Source of the DNA: a virus
Taxonomy: Duplodnaviria > Caudoviricetes
Strand: one strand, 5' to 3'
DNA: 64,000 bases
Virus record (IMG/VR): IMGVR_UViG_3300002220_000519
Location: 1 to 64,000 of that record
Below are positions 37,159 through 47,743 of the stretch, piece by piece. The first letter of the stretch is position 1. Each line of letters opens with the position of its first letter. The position numbers were made by a program, and so were the translations under genes. The notes under the pieces are model-generated. The model made no database searches. It was not told where the DNA came from and saw nothing but the letters and a program-made list of their open reading frames with translations.

Positions 37159-37476
37159 ATGGAAATCAACTTGGTCTTTCAAGAAGCCGGCAAAACCTAT
37201 TCCTGTGAGTGGACAAAAACACTGTTGCCGCGTAAGGGTGATATTATACAACTACCAGACACACCATCTCTTGTTGTTAGAGTTATAGTTTTTGAAATGG
37301 ATAAGGTTTTGGTTTACCTTGCAAATCCACTTGCCAAAGGTCGTGTAGTTGAGATGGTCCCAGACGGTGACTCTTTCCGCCCAGTTGCAATACAACACGT
37401 TACTACGCTTGGTCCACTTTCACCACTTATGGAGATAAAAGATGAGTCCGATGCTACAAGCACTACTAGACCTTAA
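37159..37476 (+). CDS. Hypothetical protein
   Basis: AGGAGG RBS. Confidence 0.5.
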   Translation: MEINLVFQEAGKTYSCEWTKTLLPRKGDIIQLPDTPSLVVRVIVFEMDKVLVYLANPLAKGRVVEMVPDGDSFRPVAIQHVTTLGPLSPLMEIKDESDATSTTRP

Positions 37477-37750
37477 GGTACAGCTTAGTAACTTTATTGA
37501 GATGAACCCACACCTAACCGCTGCGGAGCTTCTCCCCCTCCTAGAGTCGCAAGTAGAGGGTTGTACGGCTGTTGAGCGCTATTGTATTACAGAGACGTCA
37601 CCACACGAATATAAGATTAGCCTTTTAGCGGCCGTACCTAGTGTAACACCAACCAGCCTTAGCTTTATACTACTACCAAAGACAGAAACTGTAACACGAG
37701 AACAACTATTCAAGAATAGACTTAAAGAGGGTAAAGGTTGGGATGATTAA
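37442..37750 (+). CDS. Hypothetical protein
   Basis: ORF in operon. Confidence 0.5.
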   Translation: MSPMLQALLDLKVQLSNFIEMNPHLTAAELLPLLESQVEGCTAVERYCITETSPHEYKISLLAAVPSVTPTSLSFILLPKTETVTREQLFKNRLKEGKGWDD

Positions 37751-38390
37751 AGCCTTCCTACCAATATCTTTTGTAGACTGGGACGGGCATGTTGTCTCCG
37801 TGATATTTATTGGCGGCTGTAATTATAATTGTCCATACTGCCATAATGAATGCCTTGCTCAAACTCCAGATAGACTTGAGACTATGGGGTTTGAGGACAC
37901 AATAGACCAACTTCAGAGATATGAAAAGTGGTTGGCTGGAGTAGTAATTACAGGTGGAGAGCCAACACATGACATAGGTCTTCCTGTTTTACTTAGAAAG
38001 ATTAGAGAGCGCGTACCGGCCTGTCGTATTAAACTCGACACCAATGGATCGTATCCAGCTCGACTTAAGCTTCTAGTTGAACAAAGGTTGGTAGACTATA
38101 TCGCGTTGGATGTGAAAGGGGACCGAAGTTACTATACTGAAGTGCTCGGTGTTGATGCTGAACCGGTCTTCGAAAGTATTAAGTATGTTATGAACTGCGG
38201 GCTATCATATGAGTTTAGAACAACATATTACCCAGCTGTTAATCTTGAAAATGTTGGAAAGCTTATTAAAGGCGCCGAGCGTTGGTCTATACAGAGACTT
38301 GTGATTGAGCAGCATAGACAAGATTTTGTACCAGTAGAGAAACTAGAATCCGATAACGCACACTTTGTTAAAACACTAAAAATTAGATAA
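37743..38390 (+). CDS. nrdG: Anaerobic ribonucleotide reductase activating enzyme (radical SAM)
   Basis: PISFVDWDG..VSVIFIGGCNYNCPYCHN; GVVITGGEPT; KLDTNGS; YEFRTT. Confidence 0.88.
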   Translation: MIKAFLPISFVDWDGHVVSVIFIGGCNYNCPYCHNECLAQTPDRLETMGFEDTIDQLQRYEKWLAGVVITGGEPTHDIGLPVLLRKIRERVPACRIKLDTNGSYPARLKLLVEQRLVDYIALDVKGDRSYYTEVLGVDAEPVFESIKYVMNCGLSYEFRTTYYPAVNLENVGKLIKGAERWSIQRLVIEQHRQDFVPVEKLESDNAHFVKTLKIR

Positions 38391-38402
38391 GGATTAATTA
38401 CT

Positions 38403-38702
38403 ATGGGCTTACCAACTACACTCAAAGTCAACGGGCATGTACTAAAAGTAGAGTATACAGACCTAGTTAAAGACCAAGGTATGGATAAAGTAGGCTATCT
38501 TCTTATGGCGCAGAGTCTTATACGAATAGATAGAAACGTGAGCGAGCAGATACAGGAGCAAACTGTAGTTCATGAAGCTATGGAAGCAATCGACACAATG
38601 AATGACTTGGGGCTAAACCACACACAAATTTCAGTAATAGCAGAGGCGTTTTATCAACTAATTAAAGACAACAAGCTAGAGTTTGGCCCAGGAAAGGAAT
38701 AA
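38403..38702 (+). CDS. HExxH-like phage protein
   Basis: IRID...QEQTVVHEAMEAI. Confidence 0.6.
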   Translation: MGLPTTLKVNGHVLKVEYTDLVKDQGMDKVGYLLMAQSLIRIDRNVSEQIQEQTVVHEAMEAIDTMNDLGLNHTQISVIAEAFYQLIKDNKLEFGPGKE

Positions 38703-38703
38703 A

Positions 38704-38982
38704 ATGAGGCAGCGCCTACATTGCAAACGTTGTACCTGGGACTGGTTCCCACGAAAGGAGCTAAGCCAAATCATACTTTGTCCTAATTGTAAGTCGCCAT
38801 ATTGGAATAAAGATAGACTTGGTAGCCCAACGGCTGTATTAACAGTAAAAAGTAAGATTAAAGATGTTGTGTTAGAAGCCACTAAGCCGTTTTTAGGTAT
38901 GACAGTTTCAGCACAAAATCTTATGGATCTACGCAACGCCTTGATTGTGGCGCTGTCAAAAGTAATAACAGACGATTCTTAA
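38704..38982 (+). CDS. Zn-ribbon protein, paralog of 22574..22789
   Basis: CKRCTWDWFPRK...CPNCKSPYWN. Confidence 0.65.
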   Translation: MRQRLHCKRCTWDWFPRKELSQIILCPNCKSPYWNKDRLGSPTAVLTVKSKIKDVVLEATKPFLGMTVSAQNLMDLRNALIVALSKVITDDS

Positions 38983-39037
38983 CATGGGAGCATTTTGTAT
39001 TTAACCCCATGTCTGTGTTATAATTATACATATAATA

Positions 39038-39117
<80 letters not shown>

Positions 39118-39190
39118 CGGGGTGTAGCACAGTTGGTAGCGCGTCTGGTTTGGGACCAGAAGGCCGTCCGTTCAAATCGGACCACCCCGA
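39118..39190 (+). tRNA. tRNA-Pro(UGG)
   Basis: Cloverleaf abutting tRNA-Asp; TCTGG-TTTGGGA-CCAGA. Confidence 0.93.
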
Positions 39191-39631
39191 CATTTGAAAA
39201 GGCACGTTTCCGTTTTTACGGCGTGCAAGTGGCTCACGCCCGGTTCACCCGGGTATATCCCTTCACTGGTATATTACAATGAGCCACTTAGACTTACTTA
39301 AAATATTATATATATATATAAATGACAAGTGACCAAACTACATACTGCCCGGCCTGCGAGTGTCTACGGATTTCAGTTGTTGAGTCTGACATGCTTGGGT
39401 TTCAGCACCATGTCTGTATTATCTGTCATGGTAAGCTTAACCCACAGTTAGTATCTCAAATCATCGATATCCCACATACCTGCTAAATGATGACATGCTT
39501 ACTTTGTCAACACTACTTTTATGATAGTATGAACCAAAAGCCATACTGTCGTAAAGTTGGTTGCGTTCTAAGTTTTAATTTTAATATAGACAATATATGT
39601 GAGCCTGATTGGTGCCCCCTAAAGGATAAGG

Positions 39632-40627
39632 ATGAGCGACCAGAACACCAAAGATAATAAAGATACAAACATAGTCCCACCAACTGAACATACACAGCGG
39701 GTTATTCCTGCAATAGTTCTTGATCAGTTTGGTGGGCAGCGTGTTATTAATAATGGTAAGCTGGTTAAGAAATTAAATGCTGACCAGTTAGATGGAAAAG
39801 ACGCTGATGACTTCGCCACTAAAGATCACTCACACGAAATTCTCTCAGGAAAAGATGGTAAAGATGGAACAAAAGGAGAGAAAGGTGACAAGGGTGATAA
39901 GGGCGAGAAGGGCGATCGCGGGCCTATAGGCCCACAAGGCGCTAAGGGTGACAAAGGCGATAAAGGTGATCGTGGTGAGCACGGCCCAAAAGGCACTGAT
40001 GGTAAAGATGGCACTGATGGTAAAGATGGTGCTACTGGTAAGACTGGTGTTCAGGGACCTAGGGGTAGTCAAGGACCACGCGGAGAAAAGGGAGACGGAG
40101 GGCCTGCTGGACAAGATGGTACAAACGGTAGGACAGGCCGCGAAGGTAAACCTGGTGTAAAAGGTGACCGTGGAGCCCGCGGTATAAGTATTGTTTGGCG
40201 CGGTGAGTGGGACCCAGATATTAAGTACCGTGTTAACGACGCTGTTGCACATAATGGCTCCTCATATATTTGTATTAAAGCCAATGAAGGCTTTGCACCA
40301 CCAAACGCAGAATACTGGGATCTACTAGCACAAAAGGGTAGATCTGGAAGTATGGGTATTGGCGCCGCCGGCCCACAAGGAACATCCGGTGCTGCTGGTA
40401 GAGACGGCGTTGATGGTACACCTGGATTGATTTGGCAGAGCGACTGGGACAACACAACAGGGTATGTAGTGGGTGACGCAGTAAGCTACAACGGTTCTTC
40501 GTATATTTGCATTTATAGTCATACTAATAAACTTCCCACAAATGAAACATTCTGGGATACACTTGCCGAGGCCGGGACTGATGGTAGCGCTGATTCTAAA
40601 GCTTTACTTTACGCAATGTTATTTTAG
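39632..40627 (+). CDS. Collagen-like fibre protein with two CBM5/12-like repeats
   Basis: Long Gly-X-Y run; WRGEWDPDIKYRVNDAVAHNGSSYIC and WQSDWDNTTGYVVGDAVSYNGSSYIC. Confidence 0.85.
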   Translation: MSDQNTKDNKDTNIVPPTEHTQRVIPAIVLDQFGGQRVINNGKLVKKLNADQLDGKDADDFATKDHSHEILSGKDGKDGTKGEKGDKGDKGEKGDRGPIGPQGAKGDKGDKGDRGEHGPKGTDGKDGTDGKDGATGKTGVQGPRGSQGPRGEKGDGGPAGQDGTNGRTGREGKPGVKGDRGARGISIVWRGEWDPDIKYRVNDAVAHNGSSYICIKANEGFAPPNAEYWDLLAQKGRSGSMGIGAAGPQGTSGAAGRDGVDGTPGLIWQSDWDNTTGYVVGDAVSYNGSSYICIYSHTNKLPTNETFWDTLAEAGTDGSADSKALLYAMLF

Positions 40628-40633
40628 GTAGTA

Positions 40634-40945
40634 ATGATAGCATCAACAATGATAACTAGTAACGATACAAACCTACTGGTGGTTCCTGTAGGTAAAGTAT
40701 ACGCTATAGTGTCTTCTCACTTTTGTAATACGTCCCTTACTACTGAAAGTATTACTGTATATGTTGTGCCATCTGGTGGAAGTCCAAGTAGTACTAACAT
40801 GATTCTTAAAAACCTGTCCATTATCAAAGAAGATACATACATTCCAGACTTTAGCAGGATGGTTCTGTCCGCCGGTGATAAAATAGTAGCAAGAGGTATT
40901 ATGGGAAATATGGTTGCTTCTACCATCAGTTATCTGGAGGTATAA
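40634..40945 (+). CDS. Virion accessory beta-sandwich protein
   Basis: Position in the fibre module. Confidence 0.55.
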   Translation: MIASTMITSNDTNLLVVPVGKVYAIVSSHFCNTSLTTESITVYVVPSGGSPSSTNMILKNLSIIKEDTYIPDFSRMVLSAGDKIVARGIMGNMVASTISYLEV

Positions 40946-40947
40946 AA

Positions 40948-41193
40948 ATGCCATTATTTGTTAAAGAAGCGCTACTGGTAGCGCCAAAAGTCTTTGCAGT
41001 TCGATACGAACAGGTTGATGACACTACTTCATATATTGGTGAAGGAGAGGTAGGAACCTTAGATAGCGCAACTACTTGGCGTATTAAAAAGATTGTCACA
41101 GACGTAGATGGAAATATTACAATAACTTGGGCCGGCGGTACAGCGTACTTTAACAAAGAATGGGATGAACGCCTAAACTATACATATAGTTAA
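40948..41193 (+). CDS. Virion accessory protein
   Basis: YIGEG...WRIKKI...ITWAGG..F...WDER..YTY. Confidence 0.6.
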   Translation: MPLFVKEALLVAPKVFAVRYEQVDDTTSYIGEGEVGTLDSATTWRIKKIVTDVDGNITITWAGGTAYFNKEWDERLNYTYS

Positions 41194-41432
41194 CAACTTA
41201 CAGTAGCTTAAATATGCTAGGAATAGTTTGCGCCATAGAGGACCAATGGAACTATACACTTACTGATAGGGATATTGATGTCTTACAGATGTATAGTGAA
41301 TCCGCTGGAATTTTAGGAGCAGACTTCCTGGCAGTAATTGATAGGACCTCAGTCGGTATATTTCATAATGGTGACAACGATAGGATACCGTTTAGTGTGT
41401 ATAGCTCACAAACATAATATTGGAAATTTATA

Positions 41433-43021
41433 ATGGCTGGTACGGTAACAACAGACTTATTGTTTTTTACGGGGGCTACCACCGGCTCTTCGTCTTGTGA
41501 TAATCTTACTGATTGGACTGGTACCCCAGCGCCCTCTCTAGATATAGCGCAGTTTGTTCAGGGGGCTGGTGCATTGCTAAGCTACAACGCTGCCTCTACC
41601 ACATCGAGAACTTTTATATTTACGTCTGTAGCAACCAGCGTTCAGGGTAAGGCCGTATATTTTTGGTTTTCTGTCGGCAAGGTTAGCTTTCTTAATACAA
41701 GGGACGCCGGAGGACTTAGGATTACTCTTGAGAGCACGGTTGGTAATAATGCTACGTGGTACGTTGCTGGAAGCGATACACTACCACATAACGGGTTTAT
41801 TTGCCACGCGGTTGATACCTCAGTTACTCCAGACGCTACTACCGGTACTGTAAATTTAGCCTCTATCACAAAAGTTACTGTCACTGCCACTGGGGCGTTT
41901 CCTGGAAAAGCTAATTGCTGGGTAGATGCAATAAGAACTGGCACTAAAGTTATTATTGAGGCAGGTACGGCTGGAGCTCCCGCAACATTTGACGATATTA
42001 TCGAGGCAGAAAAAACAACAGCAAATAGATGGGGAGTGGTAGAGGATGTTGGTGGTCTCTGCTCATCCAAGGTAAGATAGCTATTGGAAAAAGTACTCAA
42101 ACTGCAACAACGTACTTCTCTGATACAAACAAAGTACTTATCTTTAAAAACGCTAAGTTCTCGTCTTCGTTCTACTCCATCGGTATTGTAGGCGCATCTT
42201 CTTATGCAACGGTTGCGTACTTCGGAACAACCTCTGGTGATAGTGGGCTGTCTGGCTGTGTTTTTAGGCTAGCTAGCTTAACTCAAACCCCAATCTTTAC
42301 ATTTACTGCTACAGACACATACATAACAAACTTTGGCTTATATGGCTGTTCATTTCTTGGGGCGGGAGCCATTTCTTTTCCCGAGTATAATACTAACAAG
42401 AAAGTACTTAATAGTACTTTTGAGGCCTGCGCGGAAATAGTACCAAGTACCTGCACCGTAACTAACTGCAACTTCGTATCTGCAGCTGCTCATGCTATGC
42501 AAATGAGCTCTACATCTCACCAGGTTACATCCTCTAACTTTATTGGATGCTCTCGTGGTGTTCATCTTGATACGGCTGGCACATATACATTTAACGCACT
42601 TAAGTTTACTAGCAATACTTACGATATAACCAACTCTACGGCAAGCGCTCTTATCGTTAATGCTACTAATTTGGCTAACCCATCATCTGTTGAAAATACT
42701 GGCGGCGGCTCTGTAACAATTAATAACGCCGTTACTCTTGAGGTAAACGGTGTTAAGACTGGCTCAGAGCCGACAAACTACGTACGATGTCGTATAGAGA
42801 AGGTTAGCGATGGGGCCGCCCTGATGAACGAAGAAGCCCAAACTAGTTATGGCTCTGCGGGGTATTATAAAGCAACTGAGAGTTATAACTACGCTGGTGA
42901 CCTTGATGTAAGAATTATAGCTAGGTATAAAGGTTATTTACCGTTTACAACTACTGGCACCATCACTAGCGCTGGTTTAACAGTTACCGCCGTATGGATA
43001 GCGGACCCAAATTATACTTAA
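41433..43021 (+). CDS. Virion beta-helix protein split into 41433..42080 and 42029..43021 by a probable 1-bp indel
   Basis: WGVVEDVGG joins LLIQGKIAIG if one base is added near 42058-42062. Confidence 0.6.
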
Positions 43022-43033
43022 TAGGAGAATCTT

Positions 43034-43453
43034 ATGAAAAACTGGAAGAAGAAAGAGCAAGTCAAGCAGGTTGTTCCTATTGAGTTGCCAAAAGAAGAAC
43101 CAAAAACAATAATTCCTCTAGCCACTGTTTATACAGAGGCAGAATTAGCTTCATTTCACGCAGAGATAGCTAAGCGTGGTTTTCTTGATAGCAAGAAACT
43201 TTTCTACAAAGCCATTCAAAAGAACCCAGAAGTCTTAACTCCAGAAGAGGTAAGAGCACTTATATTCCGTATGGGCTTTCTAAGCGACACTGAAAGATAC
43301 AAATTCAGAAATATATTGGTTTTGGAAAATCTTACTACTGAAGAAGAGAGTAGATTTAGAAAACTATATAATAAACAGCTATTCGAGAAATATTTCCCGC
43401 ATAAGGACAAAGTCGAAGAGCACTATAAAATTAATTTCCTGGCAGGAAGATAA
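43034..43453 (+). CDS. Hypothetical protein
   Basis: AGGAGA RBS. Confidence 0.55.
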   Translation: MKNWKKKEQVKQVVPIELPKEEPKTIIPLATVYTEAELASFHAEIAKRGFLDSKKLFYKAIQKNPEVLTPEEVRALIFRMGFLSDTERYKFRNILVLENLTTEEESRFRKLYNKQLFEKYFPHKDKVEEHYKINFLAGR

Positions 43454-43480
43454 ACAAACTAACATCGGAGGATACCCCAA

Positions 43481-45148
43481 ATGGCCATAATTGATGATAT
43501 TGCTATTGATACGGTTAATAAGATTATTAGCCGGTCAGCTAGCCCATCTGCAACAGTATATAGCGTAAACGCGCTGTACTCTGTTCTGATGGACCAGTTT
43601 GATGAGTTGACAGCATTGGATGACACAGTGCCTATGTCAGCTCAGACTCCTACCTCATATACCATGACAAACGGTTGGTATATACAAGAAGCCTTAACCA
43701 AGTACCTTAATGGTGGTGCTATTCAGACCAGTGGCTATGATAACGTAATTCATACATTAGTTCTAGATGGTACCTACACCTCAGCAATTACCAGCGATAT
43801 TGGAAAACAAGTAACTGATGACGCTACCCCAGTTGGCGCTTTACTGGATTATGATAATACACTACAAAAGTGGTGGATTCGTACTGGTAGCGCAACTCCA
43901 ATAGCCGACAACTCAGTTATGGCTATTGCAACTGGAACTGGAGCAGGAACTGCTCTTGGTGCTTCAGTTGAGGGTGAAACAATATTTGCTAACCCCTACA
44001 CCCTAGGTACCCTAGAAGGAACTCCGCCAATCTATATTTTCCAGGCAGGCGAAAAGCTTACATCTTGGTGGTCAGATGGGCACTTTGACATTCTTGTTAA
44101 GGTTCGTGAGGCTAGTGTAGACATAGATAGCAAGAAAATCACTGTGTTCTCCCGTGTGTGGACTGACTTGTACGACAACTTCAATATCACACTAACAACA
44201 GCCGGCCAGAACGCCGTGCCTCTAGGTACGTTCAATGACCTGAACAACCAGAGTACTATCGGTGATGTAGAGGATTTACAAGATGGCACAGTAGCAGACA
44301 TTGCTATTGACTTTAGCTTCACTTCCCCATTCTCCTATGATATTGGAGACGGCGCCGGGCCACAGAACTATAACGTGCAGATTGACGCCGACGGCCGTAG
44401 ATTATCTGACGTATATGAAGTCTGTAAATACTGGACTGCGGAGGATTCTACAAAGCAATTAGAGACCAACAGCGATGGAAACTTCGTTGATGGCGAAGAG
44501 TATCGTTATGCCAAAGATACCTACGCAGAAGTAAAGGCTTCTCCACTAGGTACATTCGCTGGCGGTAAGTTCTTCGGTGCTCGTGGTATATACTTTACAA
44601 ATCTACATGCAGATGACGCTCAGTCATTTCAGCTGGTAGACGCAGCTGGCGTAACCCGCAACCCACCAAACTATCAGGCGTTTACCGTAACAGGTCTGGT
44701 AGCGGGTGACCGTGTTGCAGTATATCCAGCATCCGGTGGTGACGTAAGCAAGACTCAGTATTCGCTAAGCGGCTCAAACCCACTAAACAAGATTACTGTA
44801 AGCGTTGCAATTCCAGTAGACACTCCGGCTGCAGGAACAATTATTGTTGTAGATGACGATAGTACAGAAACTGCGTATGCTTATACATCATGGTCTGGAA
44901 GCGACTTCAACGTCACTATTTCTGCCGGTGTATACTCGGGAACAGAAACAGCCTATGTACCCTACATCTATGCTGAAGCTTCTGGCGCATCAGTGTCTGA
45001 AACAACGACAATCTATGTATCAGACAAATCTGTTATTACAAAGGTGCGCAAGGCAGGCATTCTACCATTTACTACTACCGGTACTTATAGCGCAACTGGA
45101 TACTCAGCAACCGCTATTCGTACTACAGACAGTATCTACACTCCGTAA
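43481..45148 (+). CDS. Virion structural/fibre-associated protein
   Basis: 555 aa, T/S/D/G-rich, in the structural cluster. Confidence 0.65.
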   Translation: MAIIDDIAIDTVNKIISRSASPSATVYSVNALYSVLMDQFDELTALDDTVPMSAQTPTSYTMTNGWYIQEALTKYLNGGAIQTSGYDNVIHTLVLDGTYTSAITSDIGKQVTDDATPVGALLDYDNTLQKWWIRTGSATPIADNSVMAIATGTGAGTALGASVEGETIFANPYTLGTLEGTPPIYIFQAGEKLTSWWSDGHFDILVKVREASVDIDSKKITVFSRVWTDLYDNFNITLTTAGQNAVPLGTFNDLNNQSTIGDVEDLQDGTVADIAIDFSFTSPFSYDIGDGAGPQNYNVQIDADGRRLSDVYEVCKYWTAEDSTKQLETNSDGNFVDGEEYRYAKDTYAEVKASPLGTFAGGKFFGARGIYFTNLHADDAQSFQLVDAAGVTRNPPNYQAFTVTGLVAGDRVAVYPASGGDVSKTQYSLSGSNPLNKITVSVAIPVDTPAAGTIIVVDDDSTETAYAYTSWSGSDFNVTISAGVYSGTETAYVPYIYAEASGASVSETTTIYVSDKSVITKVRKAGILPFTTTGTYSATGYSATAIRTTDSIYTP

Positions 45149-45158
45149 GGAATAATCT

Positions 45159-47204
45159 GTGGCAATAACCTTTGACAGGTTAAATAAGCACATCGTAGTC
45201 GGTGCGCCTACCACAGAAGTGACAGTCCAGCAGTTGCTCAACGCTATTCGTGATTACGAGGACGAGTTGAGCAACCTGGACATTCACTATCTTGCTGATG
45301 CCTATGGGAAGCAGCCTCTTGGAGGAGACACTTATGTAGGCATCACGCTTGTTCTATTGGATGGATGGTTGATTAAGTTTGAGGATAGACTTGGGCCTGA
45401 TTATATCTCCTGTAAGATTTCTGGCGGTAATATTCTAGCCTATGATGAATTTGGTGTAGTTAGACAGGACCCAGTTACAAGCAGTGACTTTGTATTCGTA
45501 ACGTATACCTCATCTTCATCTGCCACGCTTACTGAACAGGCGTCTATTCAATACGCTTCGTTTAATGGTGGTGTTACTATAGACATTTTAAACGGAGAAC
45601 CTGGCACTTCGTTTCCACACGGCACTCCTCAGCTCCCTGTAGACAATCTTGCAGATGCTATGACTATTGCTACGACTAGAGGATTCCCAACTATATTTGT
45701 AGTTGGAGACTTAGTTGTAGATAATGGTGGTGACTATAGTGGAATGCAGTTTATAGGGACATCTACCACTAAGAGTCACATTACAATCGACCCAGATGCT
45801 AATGTTTTAAACTGTGAGTTCTTTGAGGCTACTATAGACGGAACGCTTGATGGAAACGCCCAGCTTCGTGACTGTCGTATATTAGACCTTAACTACATCA
45901 ACGGCGTAGTAGAGTCTTGTCTTCTTGGTCCTGGAACAATAGTACTTGGTGGTGGTTCAGAGGCTCACTTTATAGATTGCTGGTCTGGTATAGCTACTGA
46001 TGTTTCTTATCCAACTATAGACTGCGGTGGAACCGGTCAGACTTTAGCTATGAGAAACTATAATGGTGAGATTAAGATTATAAACAAAACAGGTCCAGAG
46101 AACATAACCATTGACTTAGTCGCAGGAAAAGTTATACTAGACTCAACTGTTACTGATGGAGACGTAGTAGTTCGCGGTATTGGAACCTTGATAGACAATA
46201 GTACTGCAAACACAGTTGACAGCACCACTCTTCTAAATAGTGCTCTTATCTCTGAGACTGTGTACCAGACTGTTGGAGAGGAAATACAGAGGGCGTCGTT
46301 TGCTGATAAGATTTGTCTTGACGTAATAGACGGTGAGGCAGGGACCTCATTCCCGCACGGTACTGCCATCTTACCGGTAAATAATATAGAGGATGCCGTT
46401 GCTATTGCTGCCGCTCGTGGTATTAAGACAATTCATATCCACGGTGACTATACTTTTGGTGCAACTGTTTCACTGTCTCACTTGAATATTCGTGGAGATG
46501 GAAGAGAGCATTACACGCTTACCTTTACTACCGGGTGTATATTAGCTTATTGTACAGTTGAAAACGCCGAGTGTACTGGAGCTAGCTTTGGTATAGTTCA
46601 CTATGAAAGGTGCAGTCTAACAAACTATGGTAGCAGCGGCTTAATCCCCAGCTCTGCACACGTTGTTTTAATAGACTGTGTTATTGGCGGAAACATGCCA
46701 ATTCCAGCCAACTATACTGGCCGACTAGAAGCCATAAACTGCTCATCCGATAATGCTGTTCCTGCTGATGTTCCGACAATAGACTTTAACGGTAACGGTA
46801 TGCAGTTCATCATAAGAAACTTCTCTGGATGTATAATGCTTAAAAACTGCACTAATTCAGCAGCAGAGGTAGCCTTAGATGTTCAGTCCGCTGGTATTCT
46901 AATAGACAGTTCTTGTACTGCAGGAACAATATTAGCCCGCGGTGTTGGTATGATAGTAAATAATAGCTCACTTACAATTAATGATTATGGCTTTATATCT
47001 AACCCAAGTATTGCTAGCGCTGCCTGGGATTCTATGATAGCAGACCACTTAGACGCTGGTTCTACTGGTAAGGCTCTAAGTGATGCAGGGTCCGCAGGTA
47101 ATCCATGGGGTTCGCCTATTACAGGGAACACAAGCCCCGGTACGTTCGGAGAATTAGTAGCTAAGAAATTACTAAAATTTGCAACATGGATAGGACTAAA
47201 GTAG
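45159..47204 (+). CDS. Virion beta-helix protein with internal duplication
   Basis: Two copies of IQ.ASF....D...GE.GTSFPHGT...PV.N..DA..IA..RG. Confidence 0.65.
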   Translation: MAITFDRLNKHIVVGAPTTEVTVQQLLNAIRDYEDELSNLDIHYLADAYGKQPLGGDTYVGITLVLLDGWLIKFEDRLGPDYISCKISGGNILAYDEFGVVRQDPVTSSDFVFVTYTSSSSATLTEQASIQYASFNGGVTIDILNGEPGTSFPHGTPQLPVDNLADAMTIATTRGFPTIFVVGDLVVDNGGDYSGMQFIGTSTTKSHITIDPDANVLNCEFFEATIDGTLDGNAQLRDCRILDLNYINGVVESCLLGPGTIVLGGGSEAHFIDCWSGIATDVSYPTIDCGGTGQTLAMRNYNGEIKIINKTGPENITIDLVAGKVILDSTVTDGDVVVRGIGTLIDNSTANTVDSTTLLNSALISETVYQTVGEEIQRASFADKICLDVIDGEAGTSFPHGTAILPVNNIEDAVAIAAARGIKTIHIHGDYTFGATVSLSHLNIRGDGREHYTLTFTTGCILAYCTVENAECTGASFGIVHYERCSLTNYGSSGLIPSSAHVVLIDCVIGGNMPIPANYTGRLEAINCSSDNAVPADVPTIDFNGNGMQFIIRNFSGCIMLKNCTNSAAEVALDVQSAGILIDSSCTAGTILARGVGMIVNNSSLTINDYGFISNPSIASAAWDSMIADHLDAGSTGKALSDAGSAGNPWGSPITGNTSPGTFGELVAKKLLKFATWIGLK

Positions 47205-47274
47205 GACTGGTGGTGTAACGGCAGCGCGCGTCTCTGATAAGGACGTAGAGAAAGTTCGATTCTTTCCCGGTCCA
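47204..47274 (+). tRNA. tRNA-Ile(GAU)
   Basis: GGACTGG/CCGGTCC acceptor; CGTCT-CTGATAA-GGACG; T arm GAAAG-TTCGATT-CTTTC. Confidence 0.88.
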
Positions 47275-47282
47275 CACTAAAT

Positions 47283-47732
47283 ATGCCAACAATCGATAAT
47301 ATCATAGTAGTACAGCTCGCCAACGGGAAGCAGGTAACACTGAACGTTGGTCAGTTGGTTCGTAATCTTAATGCTGATAAGCTTGATGGTTACGACGCAA
47401 GTGCTTTTGCAGTCAAGGACCATACTCATGATGTTAGTGGCGGCGGTGGGCTTGGTGATAGTAACCTTATCTTTGAGATTCCAACTGGTGCGGTTAATAG
47501 TATAAACCTGCTATACACTGTTAGCTATCGATATATTAGTGGCACTCTCATGGTATGGCTTAATGGGCTTAAATTACGACGTGGACTAGATTTTCTAGAA
47601 GACGATGGACAACTTTCTTTTAGGATGACAGAGCCACCAAGTAACGTTGGTATGACGGACCTATTAGAGATAGCCTATATTATTTATCCCACTGACGAGC
47701 GCTATCTAATTCCTCTCACACAAACCAATTAG
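47283..47732 (+). CDS. Fibre adaptor-like protein
   Basis: LNADKLDG motif; C-terminal domain similar to that of 47744..49570. Confidence 0.6.
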   Translation: MPTIDNIIVVQLANGKQVTLNVGQLVRNLNADKLDGYDASAFAVKDHTHDVSGGGGLGDSNLIFEIPTGAVNSINLLYTVSYRYISGTLMVWLNGLKLRRGLDFLEDDGQLSFRMTEPPSNVGMTDLLEIAYIIYPTDERYLIPLTQTN

Positions 47733-47743
47733 GGGTATATATA

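Noticed and set aside
39860-40190. CRISPR or DNA repeat array
   Set aside because: The periodicity is Gly-X-Y collagen coding. No repeat-spacer array was seen anywhere in the window.
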